DNA of 39,954 nucleotides from a virus (lineage: Duplodnaviria; Caudoviricetes): the IMG/VR virus record IMGVR_UViG_3300032321_000245, positions 1 to 39,954 of that record; one strand, written 5' to 3'. Of this stretch, positions 19,422-27,530 are shown in pieces; position 1 is the first letter of the stretch, and each line of letters starts with the position of its first letter. The notes beneath the pieces were generated by a model that was not told the DNA's origin, did no database searches, and saw only the letters and a program-made list of their open reading frames with translations. A program made the translations under genes and the position numbers.

Positions 19422-21194
19422 TTAGACTTGTCGCTCTCTAGTTGTTTTTACTGCTGCTCTTGCTTCTCCTGCGCCAGAAAGACTTGAAAGCATTGTTTGC
19501 AAATCTGGTCTTCCTTGTGCTTGCGGTGGCATTGGAGGACCTCCTGCTGGCGGACCAGCGGGAGCAGGGGACATTTGCTCAACCGCATTAGTTGGTGCAC
19601 CAACAGGAGGAACTTCTTGCTGCGGAGCAAAGGTTTCTTCTATTGCATCTTCTAATGCTTGTCCCTTTTGACGAGCCTTTATTACCGCAGCAATCTTACG
19701 AACTACATCTGATGCATCCTGACCTTGAGTAGCCATTTGTGGAATTGCTTGTGTATATGCCGTAAGTGAACCAAGTAGCGCAGAGCGCATATCTTCAATT
19801 TCAATTTTTTCTAATTCTTGTGTAACGTTAACAGTAAATGGTAATTCTCTCATAGCCATATCTCGGCTGATGAGTTTTCCTCCAAGTGCTTGAAGCATAA
19901 AGATAAGACCTTGTGCTGGGTTAAGACCAGCAAGCATGCCGTAACGAACATCAGCAGAATAGTCTTGTTTAATATCTTTGGTTGGTTTGTATGTAATTTC
20001 ATAAGGTGAACCTGAATCTACTCCACGAATTGTTTTTTCTTCGGGATAAATCATTTCATCTACACAGAAGCAAAGGCTAATAATATCCCGAAGTGTCGCA
20101 GCAAAAATTGCTTGTGCAGATTTAACCTGTGTATCAAAGGCTCCCATAAGAGCCTGTACTCCTTGACCAGTAACAATAGAAGCATCTATGTTTCCAGTAC
20201 GAGATTCAGGATAACGTGAACCAACACGTAGTTCTTGATTAAGAACCTGTTGTTCTGTAAATGCGCCTTGTGGTAAAGTAAGTTCTACGCGGCGTACACC
20301 TGCTGGGTTGGCTGTACGAATAACAGCATCTCCACCAAGCATGAGTTCTTGTACATCTTGTGGAAGTACGATAGGTGCTTGAACAGACTTTTCTGCTGCT
20401 TCCATTGCAAGTAATGCAAATCGGTTACGAAGTAATTGAATGCCAAGTACGTCATCAAACTGTCCACGCATTTCACCATCAATAGATGGCTTACGTGCAA
20501 CAACGACCATCATCTTATTAAGTGGATTAGCAGCCTGAGAAAGAACTAGGTTGCTTCTACGTGGTACATAGATTATAGATTGGTCTTTGTCGTAGTAACG
20601 AACCATTTCAATAACAGCATTAAGGTCTTGCTTATATCCATCTGGTCCGAGTAATTCTCTATCATACTCTGGGAACTGAGATACTAGTTCACCGAGTGTC
20701 ATAGAGTATCGTTTAGCAAATGCCACACAACGTCCATAGCGGTCAAACTCTGGGTAAGCCCCAATAGGATTTTCTATGCGGATACGTGGCAGTTTTGCTT
20801 CATCGTCTAATTCAATAATGAAAGGGACGAATCCATATGTTATATACCAGTCAGCACCTGAGTACATTTGTACTGCTAGGTCTGAGTGCTGGAAGTAGTT
20901 AGAAGCAATACGAGTACGCTTGTCAGCAAAACTACGAGCGCGGTCAGATACTTGATTGGCTGCAGAACAGTTAACCGCTGGAAGCGGAGCCATAACTTCA
21001 GACAAGTCACGTGCAACAATGTCAATAAAGTTTGCTACTACATTGGCATCTACGCCTTCTGGGAAGAAGTTAGGATATACCTGAGCAATCTTTCCTTTAC
21101 GTACAGCAAGTACATCTAGGTTACGCGCATCACGTTCGTGACTGCGGTAACGCAAAGAATCAACTCTTGCCGTTACTTGTTCTATAGTTAACAT
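19422..21194 (-). CDS. Portal protein
   Basis: 590 aa directly after terminase; VANFIDIVARD segment, TGQGVQALM, Pro/Gln-rich C-terminal tail. Confidence 0.85.
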   Translation of the reverse strand: MLTIEQVTARVDSLRYRSHERDARNLDVLAVRKGKIAQVYPNFFPEGVDANVVANFIDIVARDLSEVMAPLPAVNCSAANQVSDRARSFADKRTRIASNYFQHSDLAVQMYSGADWYITYGFVPFIIELDDEAKLPRIRIENPIGAYPEFDRYGRCVAFAKRYSMTLGELVSQFPEYDRELLGPDGYKQDLNAVIEMVRYYDKDQSIIYVPRRSNLVLSQAANPLNKMMVVVARKPSIDGEMRGQFDDVLGIQLLRNRFALLAMEAAEKSVQAPIVLPQDVQELMLGGDAVIRTANPAGVRRVELTLPQGAFTEQQVLNQELRVGSRYPESRTGNIDASIVTGQGVQALMGAFDTQVKSAQAIFAATLRDIISLCFCVDEMIYPEEKTIRGVDSGSPYEITYKPTKDIKQDYSADVRYGMLAGLNPAQGLIFMLQALGGKLISRDMAMRELPFTVNVTQELEKIEIEDMRSALLGSLTAYTQAIPQMATQGQDASDVVRKIAAVIKARQKGQALEDAIEETFAPQQEVPPVGAPTNAVEQMSPAPAGPPAGGPPMPPQAQGRPDLQTMLSSLSGAGEARAAVKTTRERQV

Positions 21195-21201
21195 TTAAAC
21201 C

Positions 21202-23091
21202 CTATCCATATGTTTCGTGCCATTGGTCTGCAAAGGCATCATCTAAATTAACTGCATATCTTGTATTCATCTGTGCTTTAGTAGCCCAACGATTATTGAG
21301 ATACTTAGATGTGTTACTACTAGACTGCATAAGTTCGCGGATGCGAATAACTGCAAACCACAATGCCATAACAGTATCTGTCTTGCCTTTAGTGTTAGGC
21401 TTCCAAGTCAACAGTTGTTGAGTAAGAGCCTTTATACCTTCGCTGCCTTCAGAAGAAGGAAGTTCTATAATGTTGTTCTTTTGGAACTTTTCTTCTCGGA
21501 CCGTTCCAAACAGGTTAGACATTGACGCGACTCCAAAGGATGTGTCCCATTTGTTTTTGCCTGTGAAGTGAGCATCAAGGCGTACACCATATCCAGCAAG
21601 CCAGTTTCGTAACTCGTCATCAAGAGAGTAGGCTTTCTGATGAGCATTAATTTCAACTCGAAACTCTTGCGGTTTATATTTGATAACCAGTTCTTCAATA
21701 GTCGCCCTAATCTTTTGCGGTGTTGGTTCTGTCATGTTAATGCAATCGTTAATATAAATCTTGCCATCTGCACGATTGTATGTACAAACAACAAATGCAG
21801 CGTTACCTGCCATAGCAGGGTCAAATCCAATTACGACATAAGGTTCTATCTTTGGTGGATGTCCAGCAGCACCATCTTTTAGCGGTCCCCGCTTGCGCAT
21901 CCCATTGGTCGCTCCCTGCACGAGTACTGGCGGGAATATTGAGTCTTCCATGATGTCTTCTTGTTGGTAGACAAGTGCCCATGTTGAGGGGGTGACTTCA
22001 CTTCTTCGTCTGTTGAGGGTCTTGCCGTCCCACTTGGGGTAGAAGCCGTTTTCCTGAGGAGTGTCATCATCGCCATCCCACGGTACGTCCGACTCTTTCC
22101 AAAGCGTAACCCAGTCTTCTGGCTTCTCCGAATACTCCAGTACAGCAGGCATGCCCATATAAGTAAAGGGAGTCTTGCCACCTGACCAATGCTTCGGATT
22201 ACGAAGTTCTTTATATAAATCATTTGCTGCAATTCGTGTCCCTACGACTAGCAATTTACCGTTCTTACCCAGACGGGTAATAACTTCCTTCTGCAGCCAG
22301 TTAATCTGCTGTTCCCACTCATGAGCGTTGGCTGTAGTTATACAGTCGTCAAGAATAATTAAGTCGGCACGTGCGCCGTAAATCTGACCGCCCATACCTA
22401 GTGCCTGGATGGTTGGGTCTTTCTCAGATGAGTTACGCGCATCGCCCCCAAGATAGACGGTATCGGTACGCCAAGTATCTGCGTCCTGTTTCCAGCCGCC
22501 CTCTGGACCATATGCGGTCTGCAGTTTGAGCCAACGTGGATGGGACAATCGTTGCTTGATAGCGTATACGAACTCGCGTGCCTTAGTAATCGTCTTTGAT
22601 ACCACAATGATGCGGATGTTGGGATTGAGGGCAATGCGGTAAGTTGGATAGTTCACCGTGACAACGGTGGACTTAGCGTGCTCAGGGGGCACGTTGATTA
22701 GGAGGCGGTTAGACTCTCCTGGCTCATATATAATATTTTTGTGATTCCATGATGGCTCGCGTCCCTCCAGAAGGTCAATCCAGTTCTGGTGGTGAGGGAA
22801 GACCGTCTGGTCAAAAAACATCTTGGAGAACTCCGCAAATGGGATAGACTCCTTTTGAACACCGAGGGCATCAAAGGATTGTTTGCTTCCTTCTTCCTTA
22901 GCCTCTTCAAGTGCCGTTGCAAATAATGGGTCTCTGACCATCCACTGACGGATAGTATCTGGCTTTTTGCCTATGGCAATCATAGCCGCTTGAGGGGAGA
23001 CGCCCACCCTTACCTTCTCAAGAACTTGCTCCTTGGCTTGAGCCACACCCTTTGCTAAGTGGTGCTCGTTGCCAGATTTAAACCCAGCCAT
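21202..23091 (-). CDS. terL: Terminase large subunit with N-terminal HTH-like extension
   Basis: Walker A-like PPEHAKS, Walker B LIILDD, motif III VVGTR, nuclease IGFDPA and DTVMA. Confidence 0.92.
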   Translation of the reverse strand: MAGFKSGNEHHLAKGVAQAKEQVLEKVRVGVSPQAAMIAIGKKPDTIRQWMVRDPLFATALEEAKEEGSKQSFDALGVQKESIPFAEFSKMFFDQTVFPHHQNWIDLLEGREPSWNHKNIIYEPGESNRLLINVPPEHAKSTVVTVNYPTYRIALNPNIRIIVVSKTITKAREFVYAIKQRLSHPRWLKLQTAYGPEGGWKQDADTWRTDTVYLGGDARNSSEKDPTIQALGMGGQIYGARADLIILDDCITTANAHEWEQQINWLQKEVITRLGKNGKLLVVGTRIAANDLYKELRNPKHWSGGKTPFTYMGMPAVLEYSEKPEDWVTLWKESDVPWDGDDDTPQENGFYPKWDGKTLNRRRSEVTPSTWALVYQQEDIMEDSIFPPVLVQGATNGMRKRGPLKDGAAGHPPKIEPYVVIGFDPAMAGNAAFVVCTYNRADGKIYINDCINMTEPTPQKIRATIEELVIKYKPQEFRVEINAHQKAYSLDDELRNWLAGYGVRLDAHFTGKNKWDTSFGVASMSNLFGTVREEKFQKNNIIELPSSEGSEGIKALTQQLLTWKPNTKGKTDTVMALWFAVIRIRELMQSSSNTSKYLNNRWATKAQMNTRYAVNLDDAFADQWHETYG

Positions 23092-23139
23092 CCATCATCC
23101 CCTTGCTGAAGGCAGAGTTATCCCGCCGTATAGAAGTAT

Positions 23140-23500
23140 ATCTGTACAACAGTCTGTCACAGTAGAGGAAGGCTCTAAAAAGACTTCCTATTATATTTAC
23201 TGTACATATATACTTAATCCGTTCAAACAGGTCAAACGAACTGTTTGGTAGTAAATAGTTTATTATTTAATAGAAACAGATAGATAACTACCCTCCAGTC
23301 ACTATATACAGAAATATTTCTAAGTAGAGATACCTACATATACAGGCTGACAGATTAAAACACTAGGGGTCAGACTCCTAGATGTTCTAATCTGTACATA
23401 CAGTCACTACTGGACGCAGTCTGCATAGTGATACTGTCTGTCGGGCTGTCGCCCAATAATAGATAGATACTGACGATGGACCTATCAGTATATATATACA
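23140..23500. repeat. AT-rich cluster of inverted and short direct repeats; candidate packaging site, genome end or origin
   Basis: Inverted repeats at 23351-23394, 23401-23436 and 23467-23491; repeated CAGTCACTA, TA(C/T)ATACAG and AGATAGATA; immediately upstream of terL. Confidence 0.5.
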
Positions 23501-23504
23501 GCCT

Positions 23505-24160
23505 AATGCCGAACAGGTTCTTCATTCGGACTTCCTATGAACAGCGTCTGCAAGCAGTTCTGTTCAGCCTCGGCGTCTGCGCCTCACAATGTCGGGCGTC
23601 TGCACGCTACGCTAAGCAGGTCCCTCCTTGTTCGACTGCAGTTCCTCGGTCCGCTAAATGCGGAAGGAAGCCTCATTCATAACCAAGCAGTTCTTTGCTG
23701 TCCTTGCAAGCAAGGTGCAAAGCGTCTGCTGTTCTATGTGTTTATCTATCCCATATCGCATGGGAAAGACAAAACATCTATGGCTGAGATTGTGCTATTC
23801 CGCTTAGCCAATACGCACCAGCCACTCGTCTATGGGACTCGTGCCTGGCTGTCTAAGCGGGTTGTGTTCGCTCCAAGCGTTACGGTGCACAGCCCCTCCA
23901 CGCAATGCGCTCACCTAACACCACACACAGTCGGACGCACGCCACGGCTTTCGCTGGCTATCGCCAATATTGCTCAAGCCTACACTCGTAGCCTACCTCG
24001 CTCTGGCTCGGCTTCACGGCTACTCGCAAGCGTGCTGAACCTTACACCGCGCTGTCAAATCGGCATCAGCCGATTGTCGCCCTGACGTCTGGCTTTTCGC
24101 CAGACAGGGCAAGAGTGACAGCGGGATGTCGCGGTATCCCGACAGTATGTGCTGTTGATT
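23505..24160 (-). ncRNA. Candidate large structured non-coding RNA (~650 nt), family unrecognised
   Basis: GC-rich; near-continuous nested helices; G-U pairs, tandem GA, G(CUUG)C and GAAA loops favour the minus strand. Boundaries approximate; no expression evidence. Confidence 0.65.
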
Positions 24161-24181
24161 TAACTACTGAAAGGCTACAAG

Positions 24182-24580
24182 ATGAACGAAGTTACATACA
24201 CACAGGACTCACTCTCAATCACTAATGTATGTTCGGAGTGCATAGCACAGGAACAACTTTGTGTTGAGTGCGTAGAAACTGCAGACGCTCGCCTCACAAA
24301 CCTAGCGTATGAGGCGGCGTCCGAAGGTAACCTTATGTACAAGTCCCAATGGCTTGTGGATACAGAACCAAGCGGACACGACTGGACAGATAGGGAAGGT
24401 GAGTTCAAACTCCCTATCGTACTACTACAGGACGGTGGTGAACTTGATAATCTATGGGCACTTGATGACTACACACAGTCACAACGTGAGGTTATCTGCC
24501 AAGCATGTCACCTTGCTACACCTAAGATGTTCAACCAGTGCCAATCATGTGACAGCGTATTGGAACATAACGTCAGATAG
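24182..24580 (+). CDS. Early Cys-rich (four CxxC) protein
   Basis: CSEC, CVEC, CQAC, CQSC; GAAAGG RBS. Confidence 0.8.
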   Translation: MNEVTYTQDSLSITNVCSECIAQEQLCVECVETADARLTNLAYEAASEGNLMYKSQWLVDTEPSGHDWTDREGEFKLPIVLLQDGGELDNLWALDDYTQSQREVICQACHLATPKMFNQCQSCDSVLEHNVR

Positions 24581-24624
24581 TACAGACGTTACAGGTAGCC
24601 CTGTTGCCTACGGCAGGGCTACCT
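24568..24624 (+). promoter_or_regulatory. Tandem intergenic hairpins
   Basis: TAACGTC/GACGTTA (24568-24591) and AGGTAGCCCTGT/GCAGGGCTACCT (24593-24624); no U-tail. Confidence 0.5.
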
Positions 24625-24664
24625 TCCACATAAAAACTAACTACTAAACAAGGAGAAACAACAG

Positions 24665-25012
24665 ATGGAAATCAAGAACGAATATACAGTAACAGGTACA
24701 CTCAAGAATATCCGTACATTCACAGGTTCTAAGGGTACACTCGCAACAGGTTGGCTTGACCAACGCACATACTCACGTCTGCCAGATGGTACAGCAGACC
24801 GCGCAGTCTACGTAGTAGGTATGAATATCGTAGCACTAGATGATTCTACAGTGGGTGACCTTGTAGACCTTGACAAAGGACGTCAAGGTAATGAGCACAC
24901 ACAGCAAGTAACACTAAAGGGTCGCATGATTACACGCTTTGACCGCCGTGACATTCCTGAAAAGCGTGCACCTCAGTTACAGTTTGAGGTCTTTGAAGTA
25001 AGCGTAAACTAA
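24665..25012 (+). CDS. SSB-like OB-fold protein
   Basis: VTGTL...VTLKGRMITR...FEVFEV beta pattern; AAGGAG RBS; no acidic tail. Confidence 0.6.
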   Translation: MEIKNEYTVTGTLKNIRTFTGSKGTLATGWLDQRTYSRLPDGTADRAVYVVGMNIVALDDSTVGDLVDLDKGRQGNEHTQQVTLKGRMITRFDRRDIPEKRAPQLQFEVFEVSVN

Positions 25013-25017
25013 AAGAC

Positions 25018-25060
25018 GGGAGGGTGGGTGGCTAAGACAGCACTCACTCTCCCTTTTTTT
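25018..25060 (+). terminator. Rho-independent terminator
   Basis: GGGAGGGTGGGTG...CACTCACTCTCCC stem followed by a T run. Confidence 0.9.
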
Positions 25061-25135
25061 ATTATGCGGGGGCATAAGGTAATCAAAAGCAACGGACAAG
25101 TCATCAACTATTAACCTACTACACAAGGAGAAGCA

Positions 25136-25315
25136 ATGTATTTTTCAGTACTAGATATAACAGCAGTTATGATTGCACTCATAGTATCAATTACACTGAT
25201 ACTACTGACAGCAATGGCTAACCGTGACCTCATCAGACAAAACAGAAATCTTCGGGCACAGAACAAGCGACAAGTAGAACAGTGCCGTAACTTCCACAGT
25301 CCACGTCCATTCTAA
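25136..25315 (+). CDS. Small single-pass membrane protein (59 aa)
   Basis: Hand-translated MYFSVLDITAVMIALIVSITLILLTAMANRDLIRQ...; AAGGAG RBS. Confidence 0.75.
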   Translation: MYFSVLDITAVMIALIVSITLILLTAMANRDLIRQNRNLRAQNKRQVEQCRNFHSPRPF

Positions 25316-25325
25316 GGAGAGAGTA

Positions 25326-25520
25326 ATGAGCAAGTATGCAATAGAAGTAGAACTAGTAGGACATGATGGCAATGCGTTTGCCATTATGGGTAGAGTATCA
25401 AGCGCCCTTAAGAAAGCAGGCGCAAGCAAAGAAGAACTAGACCAGTACATGAAAGAGTCCATGTCTGGTGACTATGACAATCTAATCCGAGTAGCAACTG
25501 AATGGGTAGAGGTAGCATAA
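25326..25520 (+). CDS. Conserved small phage protein
   Basis: VELVGHDGNAFAIMGRVSSALKKAG...GDYDNL motif; strong RBS. Confidence 0.8.
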   Translation: MSKYAIEVELVGHDGNAFAIMGRVSSALKKAGASKEELDQYMKESMSGDYDNLIRVATEWVEVA

Positions 25521-26017
25521 TGACACTAACAATGACAATAAACGACCATCTCGTAGAGTTGGGTTCTCTAGTAGACAATCAAGCAACATCTGTCCAACGT
25601 GTAGGCGCACGGTTAGTTGAACAATACTTTGCATCATCAAGTACAGAACAAGATGATGAGGTTGTAGTCAACGTCTTGTATTATCTAACAGATATACAAG
25701 TACGTGACTATGCATTAGGCTTGATAGATACAAGCAAGTCAGATACAATTATACCTGCACTTGCACACCTATTAGAAAAAGCACCAACAAATACAGTATA
25801 TATCAATGCACCAGCAGCACTGCTTGCTCAGTTGTATTATGAGCAAGGCAATAAAGCAGATGCATTCCTTATGCTAAGTAACTCACAACATGATTACTCA
25901 TTAGCACAACTGTTGTATCGTGTGTTCTCATCAGGCATGCCAGCAGAAGGATTCGCTGAGATGCGTAAAGAACTACATCCTAAGGTAGTAGCAGGTATAT
26001 TCGGAGAGGAAAACTAA
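25520..26017 (+). CDS. DUF4192-like protein
   Basis: DIQVRDYALG...APAALLA...YSLAQLL pattern; start MTLTMT via TAATG overlap. Confidence 0.6.
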   Translation: MTLTMTINDHLVELGSLVDNQATSVQRVGARLVEQYFASSSTEQDDEVVVNVLYYLTDIQVRDYALGLIDTSKSDTIIPALAHLLEKAPTNTVYINAPAALLAQLYYEQGNKADAFLMLSNSQHDYSLAQLLYRVFSSGMPAEGFAEMRKELHPKVVAGIFGEEN

Positions 26018-26256
26018 TGGCAAACTATGACGTACTATTTATGCATGACCATTTTGTATTAGTAACTACAATCATAATGGATAAAACAGATGACGAAGAA
26101 AGCATTGAACTAGCCGCACTTAAACGTTTGTCCGATGAATATGGTAATGAGTTTACGGAAATCATAAAGTCATGTAAGCAAGTAACAATTGAAAGACAAC
26201 CAAGTGACATCCCTGATTTCGGTGACCCAGAAGATGCAGGTATTGACCGTGACTGA
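26017..26256 (+). CDS. Acidic hypothetical protein
   Basis: 79 aa, GGAGAGG RBS, TAATG coupling. Confidence 0.7.
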   Translation: MANYDVLFMHDHFVLVTTIIMDKTDDEESIELAALKRLSDEYGNEFTEIIKSCKQVTIERQPSDIPDFGDPEDAGIDRD

Positions 26257-26425
26257 TGACACAATGAAGATACGTGCTAAAGCAGCAAGTTATGCACAGT
26301 CATTTCTTGCTAACAAATACTATGAAGAGTACAAGGAATTGTATGACGCATATCTAATTAACCGTGGCGTAACTACACGTAGAGGTAGAGTTATGTCTGA
26401 CGAAAGAGAACTAGTAAAGGAGTAA
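26249..26425 (+). CDS. Hypothetical protein
   Basis: GTG at 26249, in frame with the ORF-track call; fills the gap between genes. Confidence 0.6.
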   Translation: MTDDTMKIRAKAASYAQSFLANKYYEEYKELYDAYLINRGVTTRRGRVMSDERELVKE

Positions 26426-26427
26426 TC

Positions 26428-26784
26428 ATGGGGCTAGACATGTATCTATATGAAAAACAAACACATGAAATAGCATACTGGCGCAAGGCTAATGCTATTC
26501 ATGGTTGGATTATCAGCAACGCTGGTTCAGTAGATAACTGCACACCTATTCATCTTACTAAGATGGACATTGTTCAGTTACGAGATGACTGCCAAAAAGT
26601 AATAGATGAAGGCACTCAAGAGACAGCACTAGAACTGCTGCCTCCTGTTGGTGGATTCTTCTTTGGCAGTACAGAAATAAATGATTGGTACTGGCAAGAC
26701 GTTAAAGATACACTTGAGAAACTAAATACAATCATAGATGAAACAGTAGATGATGCTCAGTTTGAGTATCAGGCTAGTTGGTAA
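26428..26784 (+). CDS. Conserved phage hypothetical protein
   Basis: MGLDMYL...YWRKANAIHGW...GFFFGS...YQASW motif; AAGGAG RBS. Confidence 0.85.
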   Translation: MGLDMYLYEKQTHEIAYWRKANAIHGWIISNAGSVDNCTPIHLTKMDIVQLRDDCQKVIDEGTQETALELLPPVGGFFFGSTEINDWYWQDVKDTLEKLNTIIDETVDDAQFEYQASW

Positions 26785-26793
26785 GGAGATAAC

Positions 26794-26925
26794 ATGAGTG
26801 AACCACAATACCTAGAAGGTGATGACTTTGCACTGAAGGATGAATGTGATGAGTGCGGTAACTTTATACACTCATGTGAGTGTGGCAATGAAGAACCTGA
26901 CCGTATGTATGGAGACGAAGAGTAA
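26794..26925 (+). CDS. Acidic Cys micro-protein (43 aa)
   Basis: Hand-translated MSEPQYLEGDDFALKDECDECGNFIHSCECGNEEPDRMYGDEE; AAGGAG RBS. Confidence 0.7.
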   Translation: MSEPQYLEGDDFALKDECDECGNFIHSCECGNEEPDRMYGDEE

Positions 26926-26934
26926 AGGATAAGT

Positions 26935-27372
26935 ATGCGACAACAATTAATACGCTATATATCTGTAGGAACTAGCCTTGTATTATCAGTTGCTTCCCTG
27001 ATTGGTATACCTATTAAGGCTTATGCACTAAACAATCAACCCACATTAGAACCAAAAAAAGAAGTAAAGTTAATCCATGTATGGAATAAGTTTACATTAA
27101 AAGCATACGCCAAAGCATACATGAAAGAAACGTACCCTAAATGGGGACGCAATGAATGGTATGCACTAAACAAATTATGGGGTAAAGAATCTGCATGGGA
27201 CCACACAGCAGACAACCCTACCTCTAGTGCATTTGGTATAGCACAAGTATTAAACACTGACCCTGAGACCCCAGCCCCCCTGCAAATTGCGAAGGGGCTG
27301 GAGTATATCGTTCACCGATACGACCTTCCATCAATTGCTTGGGCACATTGGAGAAAGAATGGTTGGTATTAA
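26935..27372 (+). CDS. Exported lytic transglycosylase (SLT/lysozyme-like)
   Basis: Signal peptide ending AYA; LWGKESAW (catalytic E), NPTSSAFGIAQ, GLEYIVHRY, AWAHW..NGWY. Confidence 0.8.
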   Translation: MRQQLIRYISVGTSLVLSVASLIGIPIKAYALNNQPTLEPKKEVKLIHVWNKFTLKAYAKAYMKETYPKWGRNEWYALNKLWGKESAWDHTADNPTSSAFGIAQVLNTDPETPAPLQIAKGLEYIVHRYDLPSIAWAHWRKNGWY

Positions 27373-27530
27373 TGAAGACATACTATAAAGTTACTTGCGA
27401 TATACAGGTTGAAGCAAGTGATGATGACACTGCTATCTGGCTGCTACAAGATGCATGCCAGTTATATCCAGGTTTAAAGTTTGAACGCTGGATGTTTGTA
27501 GAAAAGGATGAGAGAAATGCAACTCAGTGA
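27372..27530 (+). CDS. Hypothetical protein
   Basis: MKTYYKVTCDIQVEA... via TAATG overlap. Confidence 0.6.
   Translation: MKTYYKVTCDIQVEASDDDTAIWLLQDACQLYPGLKFERWMFVEKDERNATQ

Noticed and set aside
23537-24085. 182-aa plus-strand ORF
   Set aside because: No RBS, atypical composition and codon usage for this genome; lies antisense to the structured element. Probably a by-product of high GC, though not formally excluded.
23505-24160. Group I/II intron, tmRNA, RNase P RNA, tRNA or CRISPR array
   Set aside because: No interrupted gene, no domain V or P7 consensus, no tRNA-like ends, no regular repeat-spacer period.
24281-24288. Fifth GCAGACGC copy
   Set aside because: Opposite orientation and inside a CDS (Ala-Asp-Ala codons); likely chance.
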